From Candidatus Eiseniibacteriota bacterium (GTDB lineage: Bacteria; Eisenbacteria; RBG-16-71-46; JABDJR01), in contig CAVYIE010000004.1 of NCBI GenBank assembly GCA_963768615.1, positions 624,406-688,405 of the forward strand: a DNA stretch of 64,000 nt, in the 5' to 3' direction. Every line of letters begins with the position of its first letter. Position 1 is the stretch's first letter. The notes below the pieces were generated by a model, which searched no databases, was not told the DNA's origin, and saw only the letters and a program-made list of their open reading frames with translations. Position numbers and translations under genes: made by a program. This document shows, in pieces, positions 19,258-29,164 of the stretch.

Positions 19258-19830
19258 GTGGAGCTGTTCATCGGGAAGCAGGAGTGTTCCGTCGACGACA
19301 AGCGGCGGTTCAGCGTGCCTCCCAAGTACCGGCCGCTCTTCGGTCTCGTCGAGACCCCTTCCGGCTATACCCACAACATGGTCCTCGTCCCCTGGTACGG
19401 GGGATCCCTGGCCCTGATGCCGGAAGCGCGGTGGAACGAGATCCAGGCCCAGCTCCTCCTGTTGAACTATACCACTCCTGATTTTCTGGAAGCGAAACGG
19501 CAATGCCTTTCGCGTATGGAATTCACCCACACCGACCCCGAGGGGCGGCTGATGCTGTCCCCGGAACACCACGCCTGGCTGCGCCTGAACCCCAAGGGGA
19601 AGGACAAGCTGGTCGCGGTGGGTGTGGGACAGCATCTCGAGCTCTGGAACTCCGGGGAGTGGCCCGAGGTGGAGCGCACCGGCAAGAACGGCGCCACCCG
19701 CCCGGCCTCCGACGTGGAGTACGACAAGAAGCTGGAGATCCTGATGCGGGCCGCCCTCGGCGCGGAGCAGGAATCCCGGGCCCGGGCGGCCGGATCCGGG
19801 TCCGGCGGGGACGGCGGCCCGGCGAGCTAG
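19258..19830 (+). CDS. mraZ: Division/cell-wall cluster repressor MraZ
   Basis: (M)ELFIGKQECSVDDKRRFSVP and DPEGRLML AbrB repeats, VGVGQHLELWN; first gene of the dcw cluster. Confidence 0.9.
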   Translation: MELFIGKQECSVDDKRRFSVPPKYRPLFGLVETPSGYTHNMVLVPWYGGSLALMPEARWNEIQAQLLLLNYTTPDFLEAKRQCLSRMEFTHTDPEGRLMLSPEHHAWLRLNPKGKDKLVAVGVGQHLELWNSGEWPEVERTGKNGATRPASDVEYDKKLEILMRAALGAEQESRARAAGSGSGGDGGPAS

Positions 19831-20025
19831 GGCGCCTCGCCTCACGACCCGGCCCCAAGGAGGGCACGGGGCGGGTCGTGAGAGGGGCGCCGGGAACGGT
19901 CCGGCCCTCCGCGGCATCCGCCCGCGCAGGGTGCCGCGGGGCGGCCGGACGAATGGAGATCGCGGGCGGCTTGATGCCGGCGCCGGATTCGCGGCACCGG
20001 CCGAGGCGGGAACGAAGGAGGTTAC

Positions 20026-20415
20026 ATGCTCCGGACCGACCGGTCTGACGAAGGACGCGTCTGCTTGCTGGGGCTGGAGGGCAGCCTCGGCAGTTCCGAT
20101 CTCGTCAACCTCGCGGAGCGGCTTCGCGGGCTGGCGGCCCGGGGCATGTTGCGGGTGGTGGTGGATCTGCGCGGCGTGGACCACTGGGATTTCCGGGGGC
20201 TGAACTGCCTCGCCGACGCGGTGGACTACCGCCGCCGGCTGGGCGGGGTCACCGCGTTCATCTCTCCCAGCCGCTATCTGCACTCCATCGCGGTGGCGGC
20301 GGGGGTGCGGGACCGCCTGGACATCTACGACGACCTGCGGATCGAGTCGGAGGTGGAGACGCTGCCTCTCCGGGTGGTGGAACCCGCCGAGGCCGCCGAG
20401 CTGCGCCGAGCCTAG
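20026..20415 (+). CDS. STAS-domain protein
   Basis: LGLEGSL...RVVVDLRGVDHWDFRGL pattern; AAGGAGG RBS. Confidence 0.8.
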   Translation: MLRTDRSDEGRVCLLGLEGSLGSSDLVNLAERLRGLAARGMLRVVVDLRGVDHWDFRGLNCLADAVDYRRRLGGVTAFISPSRYLHSIAVAAGVRDRLDIYDDLRIESEVETLPLRVVEPAEAAELRRA

Positions 20416-20433
20416 GCGCGAGACGGGGGAAGG

Positions 20434-21360
20434 GTGAGCGGGAGTCCCTACCACGAGCCGGTGCTCGTGGAAGAGGCGCTCACCCACTGGGTCACCGGAC
20501 CCCGGGGACGCTACGTGGACGGGACGATCGGCGGCGGAGGGCACGCCGACGTTCTCCTGTCCCGGCATCCCGAGGCCGAGCTCATCGGCCTCGACCGGGA
20601 CCCGGCCGCGTTGGAAGAGGCGTCCCGGCGGCTGGCGCCGTACGGGACGCGGGTGCGGCTCTTCAGGACGGACTATGCGGACATGGAGGACGTTCTCGCC
20701 GGGCTCGGCGGCCCACCGCCGGCCGGCATCCTCCTGGATCTGGGGGTCTCGAGCCGGCAGCTCGACGACCCCCTCCGCGGCTTTTCGTACCTGACCGAAG
20801 GGCCGTTGCGGCTGGTCCTGGACCGTGACGCGGAGCGCGGAGCGGCGGAGCTGCTGGCCGAGATCGAGGAGGGCGAGTTGAAGCGGATCTTCCGGGAACT
20901 GGGTGAGCTGCCTGCGGCCGGACGCGCGGCCCGGGCGGTGGTCGAGGCCCGCGACCGCGGACCCATCGACACCACCACCCGGTTGGCCGGGATCCTCCGC
21001 CGGGCCGGAGCGGGCAGCCCCCGCCGTCTCTCCCAGGCCTTCCAGGCCCTTCGCCTGGCCGTCAACGACGAGCTGGACTCCCTGCGCCGGGGGCTGGCCG
21101 CGGCGGCCCGGACGCTTCCCCCTGGAGGGACCCTCACCGTCATCTCCTTCGAGAGCCTCATGGACCGGATGGTCAAGCGGACCTTCCGGCCCCTGCGTTT
21201 CGAGCGCCCCGTGCCCGGCGTGCCCGAGCCGGAACCGGTCTGGGAGCCCCTGACCCGGCGGGTGGTGCGCCCCGGGCCCGAGGAATCGGCGCGGAACCCC
21301 CGATCCCGCAGCGCGCGCCTCCGCGCGGCGAGGAGGACCCCTCATGCGATTCCCGCTTGA
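20434..21360 (+). CDS. rsmH: 16S rRNA m4C1402 methyltransferase RsmH
   Basis: HEPVL, VDGTIGGGGHA, DLGVSSRQLD, FQALRLAVNDEL and NPRSRSARLR motifs. Confidence 0.95.
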   Translation: MSGSPYHEPVLVEEALTHWVTGPRGRYVDGTIGGGGHADVLLSRHPEAELIGLDRDPAALEEASRRLAPYGTRVRLFRTDYADMEDVLAGLGGPPPAGILLDLGVSSRQLDDPLRGFSYLTEGPLRLVLDRDAERGAAELLAEIEEGELKRIFRELGELPAAGRAARAVVEARDRGPIDTTTRLAGILRRAGAGSPRRLSQAFQALRLAVNDELDSLRRGLAAAARTLPPGGTLTVISFESLMDRMVKRTFRPLRFERPVPGVPEPEPVWEPLTRRVVRPGPEESARNPRSRSARLRAARRTPHAIPA

Positions 21361-21754
21361 TGCCCGGGTCCGCCGGCCCTGGAATGGCCGCGGACGCCGG
21401 TCGCGCACCCCCTACCAGTCGGTGCTGTGGGTGGCGGCGTTCTGCCTGGTCATGCTCTTCGTGTGGGAGCGGGCCTCGGTGGACCGCCTGGTGGTGAGGC
21501 TGGAGAAGGCGCGCGAGGTCCAGAAGGACCTCCAGACCGACCTGAGCTCCCTGAGCATGGAGGCGGACCGCCTCTCCAACCTGGTGCAGGTGGAGACCCG
21601 GGCCAAGGAGGAGCTGGGGCTCCGCTGCCCCACCCCCAAGGAGATCGTCCTCCTCGACTTCGACGGCGTCCCCGACGACCACCGGCAGTTCGCCATGGGG
21701 GCCCTGGTCCCCGAGGCCTCGGCCGCGGAGCGCGGCAAGACGGGGACCCGGTGA
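21344..21754 (+). CDS. ftsL: Cell division protein FtsL-like
   Basis: Short cytoplasmic part, one TM segment and a coiled coil ending RAKEELGL; position between rsmH and ftsI. Confidence 0.8.
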   Translation: MRFPLDARVRRPWNGRGRRSRTPYQSVLWVAAFCLVMLFVWERASVDRLVVRLEKAREVQKDLQTDLSSLSMEADRLSNLVQVETRAKEELGLRCPTPKEIVLLDFDGVPDDHRQFAMGALVPEASAAERGKTGTR

Positions 21755-23795
21755 ACCGCCGTTCCTCCACCGCCCGCCTCAACCTAGTGGCGGTGCTCTG
21801 CCTGGTGCCCCTCACCGTGGCCCTGGGCCGGGTGGTCTGGCTCCAGGCGGTGCGGTCGGGGGAGCTGCGCGCCGAGGCCGACTCGCAGCACATGCGCCGG
21901 GTGACCCTCCCCCCCACCGCGGGGAGATCCGGGACCGCAACGGGGACCCCCTCGCCTACACCATGTACAACTACTCCATCGTGGCCGACCCGACCCTGGT
22001 CCAAGACCCGGCCCGGACCGCCCGCACCCTGGGCCCGGCCCTGGACGTCCCGCCGGCCCGGATCGAGAAGCTCCTCCGCCTCAAGCGCCGGGAGGTGTAC
22101 CTGGAGAAGAAGATCACCCCGCTCCTGGACCGGCGGGTGGACATCTCCTCCCTGCCCGGGATCATGGAACGGCTGGAGCTGAAGCGGGTCTATCCCCAGG
22201 GCGAGCTGGCCGCCCCGGTGGTCGGCTTCATCGACGACGCCGGGGTGGGGAAGGCGGGGATCGAGAGCGAATTCGAGTCGATCCTGCGCGGGACCCCCGG
22301 CTGGGCCACCGAGCTCCGGGACGGGCGCGGGCGCTCCTACCAGGCCCTGGGCCGGCGGACCAAGCCGGCGGTGTCCGGGCACGACGTGGTCCTGACCCTG
22401 GACGCCACCCTGCAGGACGTGGCCGCCTCCGAGCTTCGCCGCCAGGTGGAGGAGCTGGACGCCCGGGCCGGGGTGTTCGTGGCCGTGGACCCCCGGACCG
22501 GCGAGATCCTGGCCATGGTCTCCTATCCCTTCTACGACCCCCAGCGGGTGAAGGGCGCCTCCGAGAACGCGCTGCGGAACCGCGCCGTCATGTCCCCCTA
22601 CGAGCCGGGATCCACCTTCAAGCTCGTGGCCGCGGCCACCGCCCTGAGCGACCACCTGCTGGAGGCGGGGACCCCGGTCAACTGCGAGAACGGCTCGTAC
22701 AACTTCGGCCGGTTCCGGATCACCGACCACCACCCCTACGGCATCGAGCCCTTCCGTCGCTGCTTCGCGGTGAGCAGCAACATCGCCTTCGCCAAGGTGG
22801 GGGAGCTCTGCGACAAGCGGCTCTACGACTTCGCCCGGGCCTTCGGATTCGGGGCGCCCACCGGGGTCGGCCTTCCCGGCGAGGATGCGGGCGTGCTCCA
22901 CCGCCCCGAGGACTGGTCGGGGCGTTCCGCGGCCACCGTGGCCATCGGCTACGAGGTGATGGTCACCCCGCTCCAGCTGGCCATGGCCTACGCCGCGGTG
23001 GCCAACGACGGGGTGCTGATGCGGCCGCTCCTGGTCCGGGCCATCTCCGATCCCGAGGGCAAGGTGGTGTACCAGGGCCGGCCGGAGGAGGTGCGCCGGG
23101 TGGTGACCCCCGAGGTGGCCCGCACCCTCCGCGGCTTCATGCGGGAGGTGATGACCGACGGGACGGGCAAGGACATCGACATTCCCTGGGTGGAGGTGGG
23201 GGGGAAGACCGGCACCTCGGAGAAGCTGGTCGACGGGCGCTACACCAGCGGCAAGCACTACGCCTCCTTCGTGGGCATGGCCCCCATCGACGATCCCAAG
23301 ATCGTCTGCCTGGTCATGATCGACGAGCCCCACCGCTCCACCTTCGGGTCCTCGGCCGCCGCCCCGGTGTTCCGGGAGGTACTGGAGGCCTGGGGCCGGC
23401 TCCCCGGCGCCGTCCTCTCCCCGGACTACGCCCGGGTCGAGGTAAGCGACCGGGGCGGCGAATCGCTGGCCGACCTGGCCGCGACCCCGGTCATCGCCGG
23501 CGGCCACGATCGGGCGCCGCTTCCCCCCTCGCCGGAGCAGGGGATGCCGGAGCTGGGGAAGATGTCCCTTCGCCAGGCCCTGCTGGTCCTGCGCGCCTAC
23601 GGGGTGGACGCCGAGGTGTCCGGATCCGGGGTGGTGACGGCCCAGTACCCGCCGGCGGGCGCGCCCCTGCCGGAGAAGGCGCGGATCACCTGCGGACGCG
23701 CGGGGACCGGGACCCTGGTCGCCGCCCCCGATCGTCCGGCGGTGCTGCAGCCGGCGGCCAGCCACGGAGGCCGGAAGCCGGCGGAGTTGAACTGA
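21751..23795 (+). CDS. ftsI: PBP3/FtsI transpeptidase with PASTA domain; -1 frameshift in the C7 run at 21909-21915
   Basis: EPGSTFK (SxxK), SSN and KTG motifs; adding one C restores PPHRGEIRDRNGDPLA. Confidence 0.93.
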
Positions 23796-23798
23796 TCG

Positions 23799-25289
23799 AT
23801 GAAGCTCGCGAGCCTACTCCCTGCGCTGCCGGGCTTCGAGCTCATCGGAAGCGGAAACGTGGACATCCGGTCCATCGAACTGGATTCACGGCGGGTCGGC
23901 GGCGGAGCGTTGTTTGTCTGTCTGGACGGGCTGGCCAGGAACGGGCATGACTTCGCCGCCGCCGCCGTGAACCAGGGTGCGGTCGCGCTGGTGGTCGATC
24001 ACCGGGTGGAGGGAGCGGGAGAGGCGACCCAGGTCGTGGTCCCGGACACCCGGGAGGCGATGGCCCGGCTGTCCGCCGCCTTCTACGGCCATCCCTCGCG
24101 GTCCCTGACCGTGATCGGGGTCACCGGCACCAACGGCAAGACCACCGTCACCCATCTCCTGGAAGGCATCGCCGAGGAGTCGGGCCACACCCCAGAGGTC
24201 CTGGGCACCCTGGGCAGCCGGACCCGGGGGAGCTACCGGCCCACCGGCTTCACCACCCCCGAATCCCCCGGGTTGCAGCGCATCCTCCGGGAGGCCGCCG
24301 ACCGGGGGGCGGGATGGGTGGCCATGGAGGTGTCCAGCCACGCCTTGGCCCAGAAGCGCACCTTCGGCACCGACTTCGCGGCGGTGGTGTTCACCAACCT
24401 CACCCGCGACCACCTGGATTACCACCGGACCATGGACGCCTACCTGGAGGCCAAGCTCCGGCTCTTCACCCGGGCCGGCCGGGGAAGCGAACGCGACGCG
24501 GTGGCGGTGGTGAACCTGGAGGACCCCGCCGGCCCGCAGGTGTCGGCCCGGGCCGACGGCCGGGTGGCCACCTACGGTTTCGGCGGCGGGGTCGACTACC
24601 GGGCCCGCCGGGTGCGGACCGGCCCCCGCGGGACCCGCTACGAGCTGATCACCCCCCGCGGCCGGGAGGCGGTGGAGTTCCCGCTCCTGGGCCGGTTCAA
24701 CGTGCTCAACGCCCTGGCCGCCCAGGCCGCGGCCATGGAGCTGGGGGCGGACCTGGGCCAGGCCGTCCGCGGGGTGCGGCGGGTGCACCGGGTGCGCGGA
24801 CGCATGGAGCCGGTGCCCGGAAGCCATCCCTTCCTGGTCCTGATCGACTACGCCCACACCCCGGACGGCCTCGCCCACGCCCTGCGGGCGGCGCGGGCCA
24901 TCACCTCCCGGGACCTGATCGTGGTCTTCGGCTGCGGCGGGGACCGGGACCCGGGCAAGCGCGCGGAGATGGGCCGGATCGCCGCCGGGCTGGGCGACCG
25001 GGTGATCGCCACCTCGGACAACCCGCGCCACGAGGATCCGGAGGCGATCCTGGATGCGATCCTGGAGGGCGCGGCCGGGGGACCGGCGCGGGTGACCCGG
25101 ATCGCCGACCGGGCCGCGGCCATCACCGCCGCCCTCGGCTCCGCCCGCCCCGGCGACACGGTGCTGGTGGCGGGGAAGGGGCACGAGACGGTTCAGATCG
25201 TGGGGGACGAGGAGCGTCCCTTCGACGACCGCGAGGTCGTGACGCGTACCCTCACCGAGCTTGGATTCCATGTCGATGACCGCGGCTAG
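23799..25289 (+). CDS. murE: MurE ligase (meso-DAP-type DNPR motif)
   Basis: VTGTNGKTT, MEVSSH, DYAHTPDG, SDNPRHE and AGKGHE motifs. Confidence 0.96.
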   Translation: MKLASLLPALPGFELIGSGNVDIRSIELDSRRVGGGALFVCLDGLARNGHDFAAAAVNQGAVALVVDHRVEGAGEATQVVVPDTREAMARLSAAFYGHPSRSLTVIGVTGTNGKTTVTHLLEGIAEESGHTPEVLGTLGSRTRGSYRPTGFTTPESPGLQRILREAADRGAGWVAMEVSSHALAQKRTFGTDFAAVVFTNLTRDHLDYHRTMDAYLEAKLRLFTRAGRGSERDAVAVVNLEDPAGPQVSARADGRVATYGFGGGVDYRARRVRTGPRGTRYELITPRGREAVEFPLLGRFNVLNALAAQAAAMELGADLGQAVRGVRRVHRVRGRMEPVPGSHPFLVLIDYAHTPDGLAHALRAARAITSRDLIVVFGCGGDRDPGKRAEMGRIAAGLGDRVIATSDNPRHEDPEAILDAILEGAAGGPARVTRIADRAAAITAALGSARPGDTVLVAGKGHETVQIVGDEERPFDDREVVTRTLTELGFHVDDRG

Positions 25290-26664
25290 GACCTTCGACC
25301 TCTCCTTCCTGACCGGCGCCACCCGGGGGATCCCGGTGGGCGATCCCGGGGGCGAACGCGTGGTCACCGATTCCCGGGCCGACGTGGCCGGGGCCCTGTT
25401 CGTGGCCCTCACCGGCCCCAACTTCGACGGCCACGACTTCGTGGCCCCGGTCCTGGCCGCGGGGGCGGCGGGAGCGGTGGTCTCGGCCTCGTGGTGGGGG
25501 CGCGCCGGCCGGGGCCGGGTCACCGACGTGCTGGTGGTCCCGGACACCCTCCTCGCCCTCCAGGACCTGGCCCGGGCCCACCGGGTGCGCCATCCCGTCC
25601 CCCTGGCCGCGGTCACCGGGTCCAACGGCAAGACCACCACCAAGGAACTCCTGGCCGCGGCCCTGGCTCCCCTGGGGCCGGTGCTCAAGACCGCGGGCAA
25701 CCTCAACAACCACATCGGGGTCCCCCTGACCCTGCTCGGGCTCCGGGGGAGCCACCGCGCGGCCGCGGTGGAGATCGGGCTCAACCGCCCCGGCGAGCTG
25801 TCCCTGCTCTCCGGGCTGGCCCGGCCCCGGGCCGCGATCATCACCAACGTGGCCGCCGCGCACCTGGAGGGCCTGGGCTCGGTGGACGGCGTGGCCCGGG
25901 CCAAGTCGGAGATCGTGGACGGGCTCGAACCGGGCGGGGTGCTGGTCGTGCCCCACGGCGACCCCCACCTGGAGCGGGCGCTGGCCGGATACGCCGGGCC
26001 CCGGGTCACCTTCGGGCTGGACCCCGCCGCCGACCTCCATCCCGAGCGCCTGGAACCGGCGCCCGGGGGGGGCACCCGGGTGGTCCTGCCCGGAGGGACG
26101 GCCGTGGACCTGCGCCTGGCCGGCGCGCACAACGTGCGGAACCTCCTGGCCGCGGTGGCCGCCGCGCGAGGCCTCGGCGTGGCCCCCGCCGACGCCGCCC
26201 CCCACCTGGCCGGGGTGGAGCCGGTGGCCGGACGCCTCCAGCCCCGCGCCGCGGCCGGGGTCACGGTGATCGACGACAGCTACAACGCCAACCCGGGAAG
26301 CCTGGCCGCCTCGCTGGCCGTGCTCCGCGAGCGCCCCGAGCGCGGCCGCCGGTTCGCCATCCTGGCCGACATGCTGGAGCTGGGCCCGGACACCGCCGCC
26401 CTCCACCGCGAGGCGGGGCGGAACGCGGCCTTCCTGGACGGCCTGGTCACGGTGGGGGAGATGGGGCGGGAGCTGGCCGCGGGGGCGGTGGAGGCCGGAC
26501 TGGAGGCGGGGAAGGCCCGGGAGGCCGCCGACGGCGAGGCCGCGGGCGCGCTCCTCCTTCCCGACCTGGCCCCCGGGGACGTGGTCCTGGTCAAGGGGAG
26601 CCGCGGCATGCACCTGGAGTCGGCGGTGGCCGGGCTCCTGGCCGGACTGGAGGGGAGAGGCTGA
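25270..26664 (+). CDS. murF: MurF ligase
   Basis: TGSNGKTTTKE, GNLNNHIGVP, DDSYNANP and VKGSRGM motifs. Confidence 0.95.
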   Translation: MSMTAARTFDLSFLTGATRGIPVGDPGGERVVTDSRADVAGALFVALTGPNFDGHDFVAPVLAAGAAGAVVSASWWGRAGRGRVTDVLVVPDTLLALQDLARAHRVRHPVPLAAVTGSNGKTTTKELLAAALAPLGPVLKTAGNLNNHIGVPLTLLGLRGSHRAAAVEIGLNRPGELSLLSGLARPRAAIITNVAAAHLEGLGSVDGVARAKSEIVDGLEPGGVLVVPHGDPHLERALAGYAGPRVTFGLDPAADLHPERLEPAPGGGTRVVLPGGTAVDLRLAGAHNVRNLLAAVAAARGLGVAPADAAPHLAGVEPVAGRLQPRAAAGVTVIDDSYNANPGSLAASLAVLRERPERGRRFAILADMLELGPDTAALHREAGRNAAFLDGLVTVGEMGRELAAGAVEAGLEAGKAREAADGEAAGALLLPDLAPGDVVLVKGSRGMHLESAVAGLLAGLEGRG

Positions 26665-27749
26665 TGCTCTACCACCTCCTCTATCCCCTCCACGAGATCT
26701 TCTCGCCGCTGAACGTCTTCCGGTACATCACCTTCCGCGCCGCCTACGCCACGGTGACCGCGCTCCTCCTCTGCTTCATCTTCGGGCCGCCGCTGGTGCG
26801 CCGGCTCCGGCAGTTCAAGATCCGGCAGATCATCCGCCAGGAAGGGCCGAGTTCCCACAAGACCAAGGCCGGCACCCCGACCATGGGCGGGATCCTCATC
26901 GTGGCGGCCATCGTGGTTCCCACCCTCCTCTGGGCGTCGCTGGTCAACCGCTACGTGCTGGTGGCGGTGGGGGTCACCCTCGTCCTGGGCGGGCTGGGCT
27001 TCCTCGACGACTATCTCCACGTGGTCCGGCGCACCCCCAAGGGGCTCCTCGGCCGCTACAAGCTGGTGGTCCAGGTCGCGGTGGGCCTGGCGGTGGGCGC
27101 CTTCCTCTACCTGTTCCCGGTGGACCCCAACTTCGGCACCGCCACCACCGTTCCCTTCCTCAAGAACCACCTCCTGGACCTCGGGCTCTGGTACATCCCC
27201 TTCGTGGCCCTGGTCATCACCGCCACCTCCAACGCGGTGAACCTGACCGACGGGCTGGACGGCCTGGCCTCGGGGCTCATGGCCCTGGCCGCCGCCGCCT
27301 ACGCCGGGCTGGCCTACGTGAGCGGGAACGTCCGCCTCGCCGGCTACCTCAACATCCCCTACTTCGCGGGGAGCGGCGAGCTGGCCATCTTCTGCACCGC
27401 CATGTTCGGGGCCGCCCTGGGCTTCCTCTGGTTCAACTCCCATCCCGCCGACGTGTTCATGGGGGACACCGGGTCCCTGGCCCTGGGAGGCGCCCTGGGC
27501 ACGGTGGCGGTGATGCTGAAGAAGGAGCTGCTGCTGTTCCTGATCGGGGGGATCTTCGTGGCCGAGGCCCTCTCGGTGATCATCCAGGTGGTCTCCTACA
27601 AGCTGCGCCACAAGCGGGTCTTCCGCATGGCGCCCATCCACCATCACTTCGAGCTCAAGGGGTGGCCGGAGTCGCGGGTGGTGGTGCGTTTCTGGATCAT
27701 GGGGGTGCTGCTGGCCCTCCTCAGCCTGTCCACCCTCAAGCTGCAGTGA
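26664..27749 (+). CDS. mraY: Phospho-MurNAc-pentapeptide transferase MraY
   Basis: GTPTMGG, LDDY, NAVNLTDGLDGLA, VFMGDTGSL and MAPIHHHFE motifs. Confidence 0.96.
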   Translation: MLYHLLYPLHEIFSPLNVFRYITFRAAYATVTALLLCFIFGPPLVRRLRQFKIRQIIRQEGPSSHKTKAGTPTMGGILIVAAIVVPTLLWASLVNRYVLVAVGVTLVLGGLGFLDDYLHVVRRTPKGLLGRYKLVVQVAVGLAVGAFLYLFPVDPNFGTATTVPFLKNHLLDLGLWYIPFVALVITATSNAVNLTDGLDGLASGLMALAAAAYAGLAYVSGNVRLAGYLNIPYFAGSGELAIFCTAMFGAALGFLWFNSHPADVFMGDTGSLALGGALGTVAVMLKKELLLFLIGGIFVAEALSVIIQVVSYKLRHKRVFRMAPIHHHFELKGWPESRVVVRFWIMGVLLALLSLSTLKLQ

Positions 27750-27769
27750 CCGGGGAAGGAGCGACGGCG

Positions 27770-29164
27770 ATGGCGGAACGCGGCGACCGGACGGCCTCCT
27801 GGCGGGGGCGGAGCGTGGTCGTGCTCGGCCTGGCCCGGAGCGGCCGGGGCGCGGCCCGGCTTCTGGCCCGCCACGGGGCCCGGGTGGTGGCCGCCGATCT
27901 CAAGCCCGCCGCGGACCTGGGGCTGGACCCGGAGGCCTTCGCCGCCGCCGGGGTGGACCTCCGCCTGGGCGGTTTCGATCCCGCCCTCTTCGAGGGCATG
28001 GACCTGGCCGTGGTGAGCCCGGGAATCCCCAAGGATGCGCCCATGGTGGCCGAGGCCCTCCGGCGCGGCATCCCGCTCCGGAGCGAGCTGGACGTGGCCG
28101 CGGAGTTCGCCGCCGCCCCCCTGGCCGTGGTCACCGGGACCAACGGCAAGAGCACCACGGTGACGGTGCTGGGGGCGCTCATCGACTCCCTGGGGGTGCC
28201 GGTGGCGGTGGCCGGAAACGTGGGCACGGCCCTCTCGGAGGTGGTGGAGTCGGTGCCCGCCCACGGGGCCCTGGTGGTGGAGGCGAGCTCCTTCCAGCTC
28301 GAGGACGTGGAGGCGCTCCACCCCCGGGCGGGGGCGATCCTGAACCTGACCCCCGACCACATGGACCGCTACCGCTCCCTGGAGGAGTACCTGGCCGCCA
28401 AGCTCCGCCTCTTCGAGCGCATGGGGCTCGGGGATACCGCCGTCCTTCCCGCCGACGACCGCCGGCTCCTGGCCGCCGCCCCCGCCGGCGCCCGGCTCCT
28501 CACCTTCGGCACCGGGGAGACGGTCTCGGACGGGGTGGCGCTCCGGGACGGGGTCCTGGCCCGGGTCACCGGGGGGAAGGCCTACCCGGTGCTGCCCGCC
28601 GCCGACCTCTCCCTCAAGGGCCCCCACAACGTGGCCAACGCCGCCGCCGCCCTCTGCCTCCTGGACGGGCTCGGCTTCGACCTCTTCGATCCCCGGGTGG
28701 CCGGATGCCTGCGAGCGGTGCGGGGGCTTCCCCACCGGCTGGAGCCGGTGGGGGAGGTGGACGGCGTCCCCTTCTTCAACGACTCCAAGGCCACCAACCC
28801 CGAGTCCCTGGAGGTCGGCCTCCAGGCCTTCCCGGGGCGGGTGGTGCTGATCGCCGGCGGGCATCCCAAGGGCGGGGACTACGCCCGGCTGGCCCCCCTG
28901 GTCGGGCGGTACGTGGCCGAGGCGGTGCTGATCGGGGAGGCCGCCCCGCTCCTGGAGACGGCCTGGGCCGGGGCCAACGTGCCCCTCCATCCGGCCGGGA
29001 CCGACTTCGAGGCCGCGGTGCGCCTGGCCCTGGACCGGGCGCGGGAACGGGGGGTGCCGGTGCTCCTCTCCCCGGGGTGCGCCTCCTTCGACATGTTCCG
29101 CGACTACGAGGACCGGGGGGACCGGTTCCGGGCCCTGGTCCGCGCCTGGGAGAAGGCATCGTGA
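27770..29164 (+). CDS. murD: MurD ligase
   Basis: GLARSG, VTGTNGKSTT, SSFQL, NDSKATN and SPGCASFDMF motifs. Confidence 0.95.
   Translation: MAERGDRTASWRGRSVVVLGLARSGRGAARLLARHGARVVAADLKPAADLGLDPEAFAAAGVDLRLGGFDPALFEGMDLAVVSPGIPKDAPMVAEALRRGIPLRSELDVAAEFAAAPLAVVTGTNGKSTTVTVLGALIDSLGVPVAVAGNVGTALSEVVESVPAHGALVVEASSFQLEDVEALHPRAGAILNLTPDHMDRYRSLEEYLAAKLRLFERMGLGDTAVLPADDRRLLAAAPAGARLLTFGTGETVSDGVALRDGVLARVTGGKAYPVLPAADLSLKGPHNVANAAAALCLLDGLGFDLFDPRVAGCLRAVRGLPHRLEPVGEVDGVPFFNDSKATNPESLEVGLQAFPGRVVLIAGGHPKGGDYARLAPLVGRYVAEAVLIGEAAPLLETAWAGANVPLHPAGTDFEAAVRLALDRARERGVPVLLSPGCASFDMFRDYEDRGDRFRALVRAWEKAS

Noticed and set aside
21909-21915. Programmed frameshifting or phase variation in ftsI and ftsW
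   Set aside because: Essential genes, no slippery A-run or stimulatory structure seen, and the same one-base homopolymer pattern occurs elsewhere; sequencing error is more parsimonious
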